A DNA stretch of 32,000 nucleotides from Pseudomonas aeruginosa (GCF_001457615.1 NZ_LN831024.1:5340001-5372000); one strand, 5' to 3'. Positions 1 through 10,523 are shown, numbered from the stretch's first letter. Program-made: numbers and translations. Notes: generated from the sequence alone by a model not told the origin.

Positions 1-452
1 TAACGGCTGTCCGGCCCCACCGGCACCAGTTGCGCGGCGCCTTCCACCAGGCGCAGGAAATGCCTGTTGCACGGGTAGCCCGGGTCGGCGAGCAACCAGT
101 GGCGGCCGGGGTCGACCAGCAAGCTGCTGGCCAGCAGCAGGGCTCCGGAACCGCCCGGAGTGACCAGCACGCGCTGTGGGTCGAGGTCGACCCCGTAGCG
201 TTCGCCGTAGAATTTCGCGATCGCCTCGCGCAGCGCCGGCAGGCCGCGGGCGGCGGTGTAGCGGGTATGCCCGGCGGCCAGGGCGGCGCGCCCGGCCTCG
301 ACGATCGGCTTGGCCGTGGTGAAGTCCGGCTCGCCGATCTCCAGGTGGATCACATCGTGGCCGGCGGCCTGCAACTCGTTGGCCCGCGCCAGCAGGGCCA
401 TGACATGGAAAGGCTCGATGGCCCGACTGCGCGCGCTATAGGAGGTAGCCAT
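1..452 (-). CDS. PLP-dependent class I/II aminotransferase, N-terminal ~150 codons (gene continues beyond window start)
   Basis: Absent from the ORF track because it runs off the window edge. Manual reverse-strand translation from the ATG (complement of 450-452) gives MATSYSARSRAIEPFHVMALLARANELQAAGHDVIHLEIGEPDFTTAKPIVEAGRAALAAGHTRYTAARGLPALREAIAKFYGERYGVDLDPQRVLVTPGGSGALLLA.... This is a typical aminotransferase N-terminus. Third codon positions are G/C-rich. The + ORF 30..557 is its codon-aligned antisense shadow. Confidence 0.8.
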   Translation of the reverse strand, partial: MATSYSARSRAIEPFHVMALLARANELQAAGHDVIHLEIGEPDFTTAKPIVEAGRAALAAGHTRYTAARGLPALREAIAKFYGERYGVDLDPQRVLVTPGGSGALLLASSLLVDPGRHWLLADPGYPCNRHFLRLVEGAAQLVPVGPDSR

Positions 453-644
453 GGATATTCCGAACTTTGCGAGGAAAAACCGATTCTAACCAAGCCATTA
501 CGCGGGCGACACCAGCCTCGACAACCGGGAGTAGCGCCAAGGTTATCGTTCTGGTAAGTTCGCCCGCTTGCGACCGCGGGGCCGGAGAGCCGGCGAGGGA
601 ACCCTGCCGCGGACAGGATTAGCGAAAGTGAGAGGCGGCCATTC

Positions 645-1091
645 ATGTCCACCAAAGCAAAACAACAGAGCAGCCAGCAGATGACCCGCGGCTTCGAACC
701 CTATCAGGAAACCAAGGGCGAGGAGTACATGAGCGAGCGCATGCGCGCGCACTTCACCGCGATCCTGAACAAATGGAAACAGGAGCTGATGGAAGAGGTC
801 GACCGTACCGTGCATCACATGCAGGACGAAGCGGCCAACTTCCCCGATCCGGCCGACCGCGCCAGCCAGGAAGAAGAATTCAGCCTGGAACTGCGCGCCC
901 GCGACCGCGAGCGCAAGCTGATCAAGAAGATCGACGAGACCCTGCAACTAATCGAAGACGAAGAGTACGGCTGGTGCGACTCCTGCGGCGTCGAGATCGG
1001 CATCCGTCGCCTGGAGGCGCGCCCCACCGCGACCCTCTGCATCGACTGCAAGACCCTCGCGGAAATCCGCGAGAAGCAACTCGGCTCCTGA
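645..1091 (+). CDS. dksA: RNA polymerase-binding transcription factor DksA
   Basis: 148 aa. Coiled-coil tip motif DPADRA (DxxDxA). C-terminal four-Cys zinc finger CDSCGVEIGIRRLEARPTATLCIDC. SD GAGAGG lies upstream of the ATG. An intrinsic terminator follows. Confidence 0.95.
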   Translation: MSTKAKQQSSQQMTRGFEPYQETKGEEYMSERMRAHFTAILNKWKQELMEEVDRTVHHMQDEAANFPDPADRASQEEEFSLELRARDRERKLIKKIDETLQLIEDEEYGWCDSCGVEIGIRRLEARPTATLCIDCKTLAEIREKQLGS

Positions 1092-1100
1092 GCCGGACCG

Positions 1101-1129
1101 ACGGGGCGCCAAGGCGCCCCGTTTCGTTT
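1101..1129 (+). terminator. Intrinsic terminator between dksA and gluQ
   Basis: ACGGGGCGCC-AA-GGCGCCCCGT forms a 10-bp GC stem and is followed by TTTCGTTT. It lies only ~30 nt before the gluQ ATG, so gluQ expression needs read-through or a weak internal promoter. Confidence 0.75.
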
Positions 1130-1158
1130 CCGCCGTTCCCCGCCGCACCGCCCGCGCC

Positions 1159-2040
1159 ATGACCTCTTCCTATGTAGGCCGCTTCGCCCCGACGCCCAGC
1201 GGCTACCTGCACTTCGGTTCCCTGGTGGCGGCCGTCGCCTCCTACCTGGACGCGCGTGCCGTCGGCGGCCGCTGGCTGGTGCGCATGGAGGACCTCGACC
1301 CGCCCCGCGAAGTCCCGGGCGCCCAGCAGGCGATCCTGGAAACCCTGGAGCGCTACGGCTTCGAATGGGACGGCGCGGTGGAGCGGCAGAGCGAACGCTT
1401 CCCGGCCTACGCCGCAGTGGTCGAGCAACTGCTGCGCAGCGGCCTGGCCTACGCCTGCACTTGCTCGCGCAAGCAGCTTGAGGGATTCGCCAGGATCTAC
1501 CCGGGCTTCTGCCGCGACGCCGGGCACGCCCGCGAGGATGCGGCGATCCGCCTGCGCGTGCCGGAGCTGGAATATCGCTTCGTCGACCGCGTGCAGGGCG
1601 AAGTCCGCCAGCATCTCGGCCGCGAGGTCGGCGATTTCGTCATCCAGCGCCGCGATGGCTTCTACGCCTACCAACTGGCGGTGGTGCTGGACGACGCCTG
1701 GCAGGGCATCACCGACATCGTCCGCGGCGCCGACCTGCTCGACTCGACCCCGCGCCAGCTTTACCTCCAGGAATTGCTGGGGTTGAGCCAGCCGCGCTAC
1801 CTGCACGTGCCGCTGATCGTCCAGCCGGACGGGCACAAGCTCGGCAAGTCCTACCGCTCCCCGCCACTACCCGCCGAGCAGGCCGCCGCGCCGCTGACCC
1901 GCGCCCTGCGCGCGCTCGGCCAGCGGCCGCCGGCCGAACTGGCCCAGGCCAGCGCCAGCGAGGTGCTGGCCTGGGGCGTCGCGCACTGGGACGCCACGCG
2001 CATCCCGCGCTGCGCTACCCTTCCCGAGGAACGCCTGTAG
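1159..2040 (+). CDS. gluQ: Glutamyl-Q tRNA(Asp) synthetase (truncated GluRS paralog)
   Basis: 293 aa. The N-terminus MTSSYVGRFAPTPSGYLHFGSL carries the class I HIGH-type motif of the GluRS catalytic domain. There is no anticodon-binding domain. It sits directly downstream of dksA, as in E. coli (yadB). Confidence 0.9.
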   Translation: MTSSYVGRFAPTPSGYLHFGSLVAAVASYLDARAVGGRWLVRMEDLDPPREVPGAQQAILETLERYGFEWDGAVERQSERFPAYAAVVEQLLRSGLAYACTCSRKQLEGFARIYPGFCRDAGHAREDAAIRLRVPELEYRFVDRVQGEVRQHLGREVGDFVIQRRDGFYAYQLAVVLDDAWQGITDIVRGADLLDSTPRQLYLQELLGLSQPRYLHVPLIVQPDGHKLGKSYRSPPLPAEQAAAPLTRALRALGQRPPAELAQASASEVLAWGVAHWDATRIPRCATLPEERL

Positions 2041-2109
2041 CCCGCCCGGCGGCTTGCCGGCACCCACCCGCAGCCTGTAGCCTGCCGGCCCAAGCATGAG
2101 GGAAGCGGC

Positions 2110-2286
2110 ATGTACATCTACCGACTGGTCCTGCTCCTGGTCGTGGGCATCTATCTCTTTTCCCCCGCCATCATGGACTGGTGGATCGACCCCAACGGCG
2201 CCTGGTACCGCCCGTACCTGCTGTGGCTGATCCTCATCGTGGTCACTTTCATCCTGCAGAGCCAGCGCGATGCTGACGAGCTTTAG
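2110..2286 (+). CDS. Small two-TM membrane protein, overlaps cbrA start (cbrX-like)
   Basis: 58 codons, below the ORF-track cutoff: [58 protein letters not shown]. It has two hydrophobic helices. 51 of 58 third positions are G/C, as in real genes here. SD GAGGGAAG lies 6-8 nt upstream. The TAG stop at 2284-2286 lies 17 nt inside cbrA, whose ATG is at 2270. Confidence 0.6.
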   Translation: MYIYRLVLLLVVGIYLFSPAIMDWWIDPNGAWYRPYLLWLILIVVTFILQSQRDADEL

Positions 2287-5221
2287 CCTGACCCAGCTGA
2301 TCCTGATCAGCGTCGCCTACCTCTCCACCCTCTTCGGCATCGCCTGGATCACCGAGCGCGGCTACGTGCCGCGCCGGCTGGTACGCCATCCGCTGGTCTA
2401 CACCCTGTCGCTGGGCGTCTACGCCAGTGCCTGGGCGTTCTACGGCACGGTAGGCCTGGCCTACCAGTACGGCTATGGGTTCCTCGCCATCTACCTGGGG
2501 ATTTCCGGGGCCTTCCTGCTCGCCCCGGTGCTGCTCTATCCGATCCTCCGGGTGACACGCGCCTACCAACTGTCCTCGCTGGCCGACCTCTTCGCCTTCC
2601 GTTTCCGCAGTACCTGGGCCGGCGCCCTGACCACGCTGTTCATGCTGATCGGCGTGCTGCCGATGCTGGCCCTGCAGATCCAGGCGGTCACCGATTCGAT
2701 CAGCATTCTCACCCGCGACCCGGCCCAGGAGCGGGTCGCGTTCGTCTTCTGCACCCTGATCACCCTGTTCGCGATCCTCTTCGGCGCTCGCCACATCGCC
2801 ACCCGCGAACGCCACGAGGGACTGGTGTTCGCCATCGCCTTCGAGTCGCTGGTCAAGCTGGTGATGCTCGGCAGTATCGGCCTCTACGCCCTGTACGGCG
2901 TCTTCGGCGGGCCGGAAGGCCTGGAAGTCTGGCTGCTGCAGAACCAGACCGCGCTGACCACCCTGCACACGCCGCTGGCCGAGGGTCCATGGCGAACGCT
3001 GCTGCTGGTGTTCTTCGCCGCGGCCATCGTGATGCCGCACATGTTCCACATGATCTTCACCGAGAACCTCAACCCGCGCGCGCTGATTTCCGCCAGCTGG
3101 GGCCTGCCGCTGTTCCTGCTGCTGATGAGCCTTGCGGTACCGCCGATCCTCTGGGCCGGGCTGCGCCTCGGCGCCTCGACCACACCGGAGTACTACACCA
3201 TCGGCCTCGGCCTGGCGGTGGACAGCCCGGCCCTGGCCCTGGCCGCCTTCATCGGCGGCATCTCCGCCGCCAGCGGGCTGACCATCGTGATGACCCTGGC
3301 GCTCTCGGGAATGGTCCTCAACCACCTGGTGCTGCCGCTCTACCAGCCGCCGGCGCAGGGCAACATCTACCGCTGGCTGAAATGGACCCGGCGCCTGCTG
3401 ATCGTCGCCATCATCATGGCCAGCTACGCCTTCTACCTGCTGCTGGGCGCCGAACAGGACCTCTCCAACCTGGGCATAGTGTCCTTCGTCGCCACCCTGC
3501 AATTCCTTCCCGGCGCCCTCTCGGTGCTGTACTGGCCGACCGCCAACCGCCGTGGCTTCATCTCCGGGCTGATCGCCGGCATGCTGGTCTGGGCGATCAC
3601 CATGCTGCTGCCCCTGATGGGGAACGTACAGGGCCTGTACCTGCCGCTGTTCGACGTGATCTACGTGCTGGACGATTCGAACTGGCACCTGGCGGCGCTG
3701 TCCTCGCTGGCGGCCAACGTGCTGGTATTCACCCTGGTGTCGCTGTTCACCGAGGCCAGCGACGAGGAAAAAGGCGCCGCCGAGGCCTGCGCGGTGGACA
3801 ACGTACGCCGTCCGCAACGCCGCGAACTGTTCGCCGGTTCGCCGCAGGAGTTCGCCAGCCAGTTGGCCAAGCCGCTGGGCGCCAAGACCGCGCAGAAGGA
3901 GGTCGAGCAGGCCCTGCGCGATCTCCACCTGCCCTTCGACGAACGTCGCCCCTATGCCCTGCGTCGCTTGCGCGACCGCATCGAGGCGAACCTTTCCGGG
4001 CTGATGGGACCCAGTGTCGCCCAGGACATCGTGGAGACCTTCCTTCCCTACAAGACCAGCGAAGAAAGCTACGTCACCGAGGACATCCACTTCATCGAGA
4101 GCCGCCTGGAGGACTATCACTCCCGGCTGACTGGCCTGGCTGCCGAACTCGACACCTTGCGCCGCTACCACCGGCAGACCCTGCAAAACCTGCCGATGGG
4201 CGTCTGCTCCCTGGCCAAGGACCAGGAAGTGCTGATGTGGAACCGCGCCATCGAGGAACTCACCGGGGTCGGCGCGCAGAAGGTCGTCGGTTCGCGCCTG
4301 TCGGCCTTGCCCGAACCCTGGAAGGGCCTGCTGGAACGTTTCATCGACGCCCCCGACGAGCACCTGCACAAGCAGCGCCTGGTCTACGACGGCCACACCC
4401 GCTGGCTGAACCTGCACAAGGCGGCCATCGAGGAACCCCTGGCGCCGGGCAACAGCGGCCTGGTGCTACTGGTGGAAGACCTCACCGAAACCCAACTGTT
4501 GGAAGACAAGCTGGTCCACTCCGAGCGCCTGGCTTCCATCGGCCGCCTTGCCGCCGGGGTGGCCCACGAGATCGGCAATCCGATCACCGGCATCGCCTGC
4601 CTGGCGCAGAACCTGCGCGAGGAACGCGAAGGCGACGGCGAGCTGACCGAAATCAGCGAGCAGATCCTCGACCAGACCAAGCGCGTATCGCGCATCGTCC
4701 AGTCGTTGATGAGCTTCGCCCACTCCGGCAGCCACCTGCAGGCCCTGGAACCGGTGTGCCTGAGCGAAGTCGCCCAGGAGGCCATCGGACTGCTGTCGCT
4801 GAACCGGCGTAGCGTCGAAGTAGAGTTCTTCAACCTCTGCGATCCGGCGCACTGGGTCGAGGGAGACTCGCAGCGCCTGGCCCAGGTGCTGATCAACCTG
4901 CTCTCCAATGCTCGCGACGCCAGCCCGCCGGGCGGCGCGATCCGGGTCCGCAGCGAAGCCTCGGAACATACCGTGGACCTGGTCGTCGAGGACGAGGGCA
5001 GCGGCATTCCGAAGGCGATCATGGACCAGTTGTTCGAACCGTTCTTCACCACCAAGGACCCCGGCAAGGGGACCGGGCTCGGCCTCGCACTGGTCTATTC
5101 GATCGTGGAAGAGCATTATGGACAGATAACCATCGAGAGCCCGACGGATCACCAGCGAGAAGGCGGCACCCGCTTCCGCGTGACCCTGCCGCGGCACCCT
5201 GGCCCGACGGCCGAGCTGTAG
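2270..5221 (+). CDS. cbrA: Sensor histidine kinase CbrA (SSS/SLC5 transporter-like membrane domain + PAS + HisKA/HATPase)
   Basis: 983 aa. The N-terminal ~500 aa are polytopic and resemble a sodium:solute symporter. Kinase motifs present: H-box [15 protein letters not shown]-box LLSNARDA, G1 DEGSGIP, G2 GKGTGLGLA. It is followed 26 nt later by its cognate regulator gene. Confidence 0.93.
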   Translation: MLTSFSLTQLILISVAYLSTLFGIAWITERGYVPRRLVRHPLVYTLSLGVYASAWAFYGTVGLAYQYGYGFLAIYLGISGAFLLAPVLLYPILRVTRAYQLSSLADLFAFRFRSTWAGALTTLFMLIGVLPMLALQIQAVTDSISILTRDPAQERVAFVFCTLITLFAILFGARHIATRERHEGLVFAIAFESLVKLVMLGSIGLYALYGVFGGPEGLEVWLLQNQTALTTLHTPLAEGPWRTLLLVFFAAAIVMPHMFHMIFTENLNPRALISASWGLPLFLLLMSLAVPPILWAGLRLGASTTPEYYTIGLGLAVDSPALALAAFIGGISAASGLTIVMTLALSGMVLNHLVLPLYQPPAQGNIYRWLKWTRRLLIVAIIMASYAFYLLLGAEQDLSNLGIVSFVATLQFLPGALSVLYWPTANRRGFISGLIAGMLVWAITMLLPLMGNVQGLYLPLFDVIYVLDDSNWHLAALSSLAANVLVFTLVSLFTEASDEEKGAAEACAVDNVRRPQRRELFAGSPQEFASQLAKPLGAKTAQKEVEQALRDLHLPFDERRPYALRRLRDRIEANLSGLMGPSVAQDIVETFLPYKTSEESYVTEDIHFIESRLEDYHSRLTGLAAELDTLRRYHRQTLQNLPMGVCSLAKDQEVLMWNRAIEELTGVGAQKVVGSRLSALPEPWKGLLERFIDAPDEHLHKQRLVYDGHTRWLNLHKAAIEEPLAPGNSGLVLLVEDLTETQLLEDKLVHSERLASIGRLAAGVAHEIGNPITGIACLAQNLREEREGDGELTEISEQILDQTKRVSRIVQSLMSFAHSGSHLQALEPVCLSEVAQEAIGLLSLNRRSVEVEFFNLCDPAHWVEGDSQRLAQVLINLLSNARDASPPGGAIRVRSEASEHTVDLVVEDEGSGIPKAIMDQLFEPFFTTKDPGKGTGLGLALVYSIVEEHYGQITIESPTDHQREGGTRFRVTLPRHPGPTAEL

Positions 5222-5247
5222 ACGAGCACGTCGAGAGAGCTGAATAC

Positions 5248-6684
<1,437 letters not shown>

Positions 6685-6696
6685 CACCCTGCAACC

Positions 6697-6722
6697 TGTT
6701 ACCGCGGACGTACCGCGTAACA
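6697..6722. promoter_or_regulatory. Putative CbrB enhancer site, perfect palindrome TGTTAC-N14-GTAACA
   Basis: TGTTAC cgcggacgtaccgc GTAACA is centred ~113 bp upstream of the crcZ -24 element. Further GTAAC hexamers occur at 6681-6686 and 6739-6743. It matches my recollection of the CbrB recognition palindrome. Confidence 0.65.
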
Positions 6723-6723
6723 G

Positions 6724-6760
6724 AAACCGGGTTCATCGGTAACGGGAACCCGGTTTTTTT
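6724..6760 (+). terminator. Intrinsic terminator of cbrB
   Basis: AAACCGGGTTC (6724-6734) pairs with GAACCCGGTTT (6746-6756) as an 11-bp stem with an 11-nt loop. The T run extends to 6760. Confidence 0.85.
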
Positions 6761-6820
6761 GTGCCCTCCGCCGACCCACCGAAAACCTCAACCCCTTGAT
6801 TTTACTGGGTTTCGAAAAAC

Positions 6821-6836
6821 TGGCACGGCATCTGCT
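6821..6836 (+). promoter_or_regulatory. Sigma54 (RpoN) -24/-12 promoter of crcZ
   Basis: TGGCACggcatCTGCT has exact GG-N10-GC spacing (GG 6822-6823, GC 6834-6835). The predicted +1 is about 6846-6847. Confidence 0.85.
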
Positions 6837-6845
6837 TATGTATTG

Positions 6846-7252
6846 GCACAACAACAATAACAAGCAACGACGAAGACAATAAAAACAACACGTAACGACT
6901 CCAGCACAACAAAAACAAAATCGCGGAGGCGCAGCTAACTGATTCTTTTGGAGAGGAGTTGCTGTCGGGACCCGTCCCGCAGCCAGTCGGAAGAAGAATA
7001 AAACTGCCTTGAGGCAGCGCACAGACTGGTTGGATCGCTCGACGATCATGGCAGCATCAGCGACCAAAGCAATCCGTTTGCTATTGAACTCCCAGCCTGG
7101 GAGATATCCCTGAAGCGACTGGCTCAAGGGACGGGTCGACAAACAAAAACAACAAGCCCGAAATCATAATAAAAACAAAGCACGCACCTACTTGGGGGGG
7201 AGCTTCGGCTCCCCCAGTAGCTTCACCCCCTCCCTCCGTTTTCCCCGTTTTT
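6846..7252 (+). ncRNA. crcZ: CrcZ, Hfq/Crc-sequestering catabolite-repression sRNA (ends approximate)
   Basis: About 400 nt with no coding potential, much lower GC than the flanks, and a sigma54 promoter. It carries at least six A-rich AAnAAnAA-type stretches at 6848-6864, 6876-6890, 6906-6920, 6991-7003, 7139-7155 and 7162-7180. A terminal GC stem-loop GGGGGAGC-TTCG-GCTCCCCC lies at 7196-7215, followed by T-rich tracts to ~7252. I recall the published length as ~407 nt; the 3' end was set from that figure and is not seen directly. Confidence 0.85.
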
Positions 7253-7260
7253 CCTTCGCC

Positions 7261-7290
7261 TTACACCATTTCCCCATCCAATGCTAGAAT
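7261..7290 (+). promoter_or_regulatory. Candidate sigma70 promoter (extended -10) for the pcnB-folK leader
   Basis: TTACAC (7261-7266), an 18-nt spacer, then TGcTAGAAT (TG 7282-7283, TAGAAT 7285-7290). This is sequence match only. Confidence 0.3.
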
Positions 7291-7584
7291 CCGCGCAGAC
7301 TATGCGGCCATCCGCATGCCTTGCCAGATTCACCGCAGCCTTCCCGGCCCTCTCCCGCTTCGCGGGAACAGGATGTACGGCCCCTGTTCGTTTCTGTCAG
7401 GATGCATGGCGCAGTCGGTTCCGGCGCCCGGGACGCCCTGTGCGTCGCGGGGCCAAACATTCAACGGGTACAGAACACGCCTCGCCCGAGAGGTCCTGAT
7501 AATGCCGCAGCATTACCCGACGTCCGTCCTGTTTGAGCAACGCAGGCGTGCAATCACCCACATCGTGCTCCCGATAACACATCC

Positions 7585-8988
7585 ATGCTGAAAAAGCTGA
7601 TCCAGACCATTCGTTCCCCCCTGCGCCGTCCGCGCGCCGTCCGTACAACCCCGGAAGTCATCGGTAACAACCAGCACTCCCTGCGCCGGGACCAGTTCAG
7701 CCGGAACGCCGTCAAGGTCGTCGAGATCCTCCAGCGGGCCGGCTACCAGGCCTACGTGGTCGGGGGCTGCGTACGCGACCAGATGCTCGGCATCGCTCCC
7801 AAGGACTTCGATGTCGCCACCAGCGCCACGCCGGAGCAGGTCCGCGCCGAATTCCGCAACGCGCGGATCATCGGCCGCCGCTTCAAACTGGTACACGTGC
7901 ACTTCGGCCGCGAGATCATCGAGGTCGCCACCTTCCGCGCCCATCATCCGGAAGGCCAGGACGATGGCGATAGCCGCGCGTCCAGCAACGAAAGCGGCCG
8001 CATCCTGCGCGACAACGTCTATGGCAGCCTGGAAGACGACGCCCAGCGCCGTGACTTCACCATCAATGCCCTGTACTTCGACGTCACCAGCGAGCGGCTG
8101 CTGGACTACGCCAATGGCGTTCACGACATCCGCAATCGCCTGATCCGCCTGATCGGCGATCCGGAGCAGCGTTATCTGGAAGACCCGGTGCGGATGCTGC
8201 GGGCGGTACGTTTCGCCGCCAAGCTCGACTTCGAGATCGAGAAGCACAGCGCCGCGCCGATTCGCCGGCTGGCCCCGCTGCTGCGGGAAATCCCTTCGGC
8301 GCGCCTGTTCGACGAGGTGCTCAAGCTGTTCCTCGCCGGCCGGGCCGAGCGCACTTTCGAACTGCTGGTCGAGTACGAACTGTTCGCGCCGCTGTTCCCG
8401 GCCAGCGCCAAGGCACTGCAGGCCAACCCCGACTACACCGGCAAGCTGATCCGCCAGGCCCTGGCCAATACCGATGCGCGCATTCGCCAGGGCAAGCCGG
8501 TAACCCCGGCCTTCCTCTTCGCCGCGCTGCTCTGGCCGGCCCTGCCGGCGCGCGTCGCGCAGTTGCAGGAGAAAGGCATGCCGGCTATCCCGGCGATGCA
8601 GGAAGCCGCCCACGAACTGATCAGCGAACAGTGCCAGCGGATTGCCATTCCCAAGCGTTTCACCCTGCCGATCCGCGAGATCTGGGATATGCAGGAACGT
8701 CTGCCGCGACGCCAGGGCAAGCGCGCCGACCTGCTCCTGGAAAACCCGCGCTTCCGCGCCGGCTACGACTTCCTCCTGCTGCGCGAAAGCGCCGGCGAGG
8801 AAACCGAAGGGCTTGGCCAATGGTGGACCGATTACCAGGAAGTCAGCGACAGCGAGCGGCGCAACATGATCCGCGACCTGGTCAGCCAGGAAGACGGCAG
8901 CGCCCCGCGCAAGCGTCGCCGCGGCGGCAACAGCGGCCGTCGGCGCCGCGGGCCGCGCAAGGAAGGCAGCGGCGGAAGCGGCGAATGA
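7585..8988 (+). CDS. pcnB: Poly(A) polymerase I
   Basis: 467 aa. Nucleotidyltransferase signature GGCVRDQMLGIAPKDFDVAT. The N-terminal region is collinear with E. coli PcnB. Basic Arg/Gly-rich C-terminal tail. Followed by folK, as in enterobacteria. Confidence 0.92.
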   Translation: MLKKLIQTIRSPLRRPRAVRTTPEVIGNNQHSLRRDQFSRNAVKVVEILQRAGYQAYVVGGCVRDQMLGIAPKDFDVATSATPEQVRAEFRNARIIGRRFKLVHVHFGREIIEVATFRAHHPEGQDDGDSRASSNESGRILRDNVYGSLEDDAQRRDFTINALYFDVTSERLLDYANGVHDIRNRLIRLIGDPEQRYLEDPVRMLRAVRFAAKLDFEIEKHSAAPIRRLAPLLREIPSARLFDEVLKLFLAGRAERTFELLVEYELFAPLFPASAKALQANPDYTGKLIRQALANTDARIRQGKPVTPAFLFAALLWPALPARVAQLQEKGMPAIPAMQEAAHELISEQCQRIAIPKRFTLPIREIWDMQERLPRRQGKRADLLLENPRFRAGYDFLLLRESAGEETEGLGQWWTDYQEVSDSERRNMIRDLVSQEDGSAPRKRRRGGNSGRRRRGPRKEGSGGSGE

Positions 8989-9473
8989 TCCAGCGCGTCT
9001 ACGTGGCGCTGGGCAGCAACCTGGCCGAACCGCGCGAGCAGATCCAGGCTGCCCTCGACGCCTTCGAGCGGCTTCCCGAGACCCGCCTGGTCGCCGTCTC
9101 GCCGCTCTATATCAGCGACCCGCTCGGCCCCGCCGACCAGCCGCGCTTCGTCAACGGCGTGGCGGCCCTCGACACCAACCTGGCGCCGCTCGACCTGCTC
9201 GACGCCCTGCAGGCCATCGAACTGGAACAGGGGCGCGTCCGCGACCTGCGCTGGGGTCCGCGCACGCTCGACCTGGACATCCTGCTGTTCGGCGAACAAT
9301 TGCTCGACCTGCCGCGCCTGAAGGTGCCGCACTACCACATGCAGGCGCGCGCTTTCGTGCTCTATCCCCTCGCAGATCTCGCCCCCGACCTGCGCCTGCC
9401 CGATGGCCGCCACCTGCCGGAGCTGCTCGCGGCCTGTCCGTTCGAGGGCATCGAACGCCTTCCGGGCGCCTGA
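8985..9473 (+). CDS. folK: 2-amino-4-hydroxy-6-hydroxymethyldihydropteridine pyrophosphokinase (HPPK)
   Basis: 162 aa, MIQRVYVALGSNLAEPREQI...RWGPRTLDLDILLFG. The ATG overlaps the pcnB stop (ATGA at 8985-8988). Track ORF 8631..9473 is the same frame spuriously extended upstream. Confidence 0.9.
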   Translation: MIQRVYVALGSNLAEPREQIQAALDAFERLPETRLVAVSPLYISDPLGPADQPRFVNGVAALDTNLAPLDLLDALQAIELEQGRVRDLRWGPRTLDLDILLFGEQLLDLPRLKVPHYHMQARAFVLYPLADLAPDLRLPDGRHLPELLAACPFEGIERLPGA

Positions 9474-9722
9474 CCCTGCCTGCCCGCCGCTGCGCGGATA
9501 CCTCGCGGCGGGCTCTTCACACTGTTACCGAAAAGCTGACGAAGGACGCCGCGGATGGGCGTACACTGCGCGCGCAACCGCAGGCGGCGCGGCGTTCGGC
9601 AGTGGCAGTAACGCCGTAACAATGCGGTAACACCTGCAATTGACTTCGAGCCACCCCATCCGGACTATAAGTGGCCGTTTGCCCCGCGCCGGCTCATCAC
9701 CGGCCCAACGAGGAGCCTTTCC

Positions 9723-10523
9723 ATGCCTGATGTAACCCTGACCACCCTGCAAGGGTTGAAGCAGAGCGGCGAGAAGATCGCCATGCTGACCTGCTACGAC
9801 GCCACCTTCGCCCACACCGCCAGCCAGGCCGGCGTGGACGTGCTTCTGGTCGGAGATTCGCTCGGAATGGTATTGCAGGGTCACGACAGCACCCTGCCGG
9901 TCAGCAACGAGGAAATGGCCTATCACACGGCCTGCGTGAAACGCGGTAACAAAGGTTCCCTGATCGTCACCGACCTGGCCTTCGAATCCAGCCATTCCGT
10001 GGCCCAGACCCTTGCCGACGCGGTCCGCCTGATGCAGGCCGGCGCACACATGGTCAAGCTGGAGGGTGGGGCCTGGCTGGCGGAGCCGATCGCCCGCCTG
10101 GCACAGATGGGCGTGCCGGTCTGCGCGCATCTCGGCCTGACCCCGCAGGCGGTCAACCTGTTCGGCGGCTTCAAGGTCCAGGGCCGCCAGGAAACCCAGG
10201 CGCGCCAGTTGCGCGCCGATGCCATCGCCCTGGAGCAGGCCGGCGCCGCCATGCTGCTGCTGGAGTGCGTGCCCAGCGTGCTGGCCGAAGAGATCACCCA
10301 GGCGGTGAAGATCCCGGTGATCGGGATTGGCGCCGGTGCGGCGACCGATGGCCAGGTGCTGGTCATGCACGACATGCTCGGTCTCTCGCTGACCGGCCGC
10401 TCGCCCAAGTTCGTCAAGGATTTCATGCAAGGCCAGGAGAGCATCCCGGCCGCCATCGCGGCCTATGTCCGCGCCGTCAAGGACGTGTCCTTCCCCGCCG
10501 CCGAACACGGATTCAACGCATGA
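9723..10523 (+). CDS. panB: 3-methyl-2-oxobutanoate hydroxymethyltransferase
   Basis: 266 aa. Family-typical sequence [10 protein letters not shown]...[20 protein letters not shown]...KLEGG. Directly upstream of panC. Confidence 0.95.
   Translation: MPDVTLTTLQGLKQSGEKIAMLTCYDATFAHTASQAGVDVLLVGDSLGMVLQGHDSTLPVSNEEMAYHTACVKRGNKGSLIVTDLAFESSHSVAQTLADAVRLMQAGAHMVKLEGGAWLAEPIARLAQMGVPVCAHLGLTPQAVNLFGGFKVQGRQETQARQLRADAIALEQAGAAMLLLECVPSVLAEEITQAVKIPVIGIGAGAATDGQVLVMHDMLGLSLTGRSPKFVKDFMQGQESIPAAIAAYVRAVKDVSFPAAEHGFNA

Noticed and set aside
2249-4417. 722-aa minus ORF and 607-aa alternative + frame (2989..4812) over cbrA; also 473-aa minus ORF 5149..6570 over cbrB
   Set aside because: These are shadow or off-frame ORFs within genes that have clear kinase and sigma54-activator motifs. 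Their translations are Arg/Pro/Gly/Gln-rich junk.
6699-7142. 147-aa minus-strand ORF spanning crcZ
   Set aside because: It runs antisense through an A-rich sRNA. The translation (..CFCCAGVVTCCFYCLRRCLLLLLCQ..) reflects poly-T/G codons. Codon bias is unlike the host genes, and it overlaps the cbrB terminator and the sigma54 promoter.
7281-7591. Three mutually overlapping 71-91-aa + ORFs in the crcZ-pcnB spacer
   Set aside because: They have no SD sequences, overlap one another in all three frames, and have non-coding-like composition. They are treated as leader or spacer RNA.
10265-10519. N-terminal extensions offered by the ORF track (panC from 10265, pgi from 11902, acs from 13655, BON gene from 21623, truB from 25592, rimP from 30252, DUF2845-1 from 20065, folK from 8631)
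   Set aside because: The extensions overlap upstream genes, terminators or promoters and read as Arg/Pro-rich junk. Internal starts give family-typical N-termini, proper SD spacing or ATGA/TTGA stop-start coupling.
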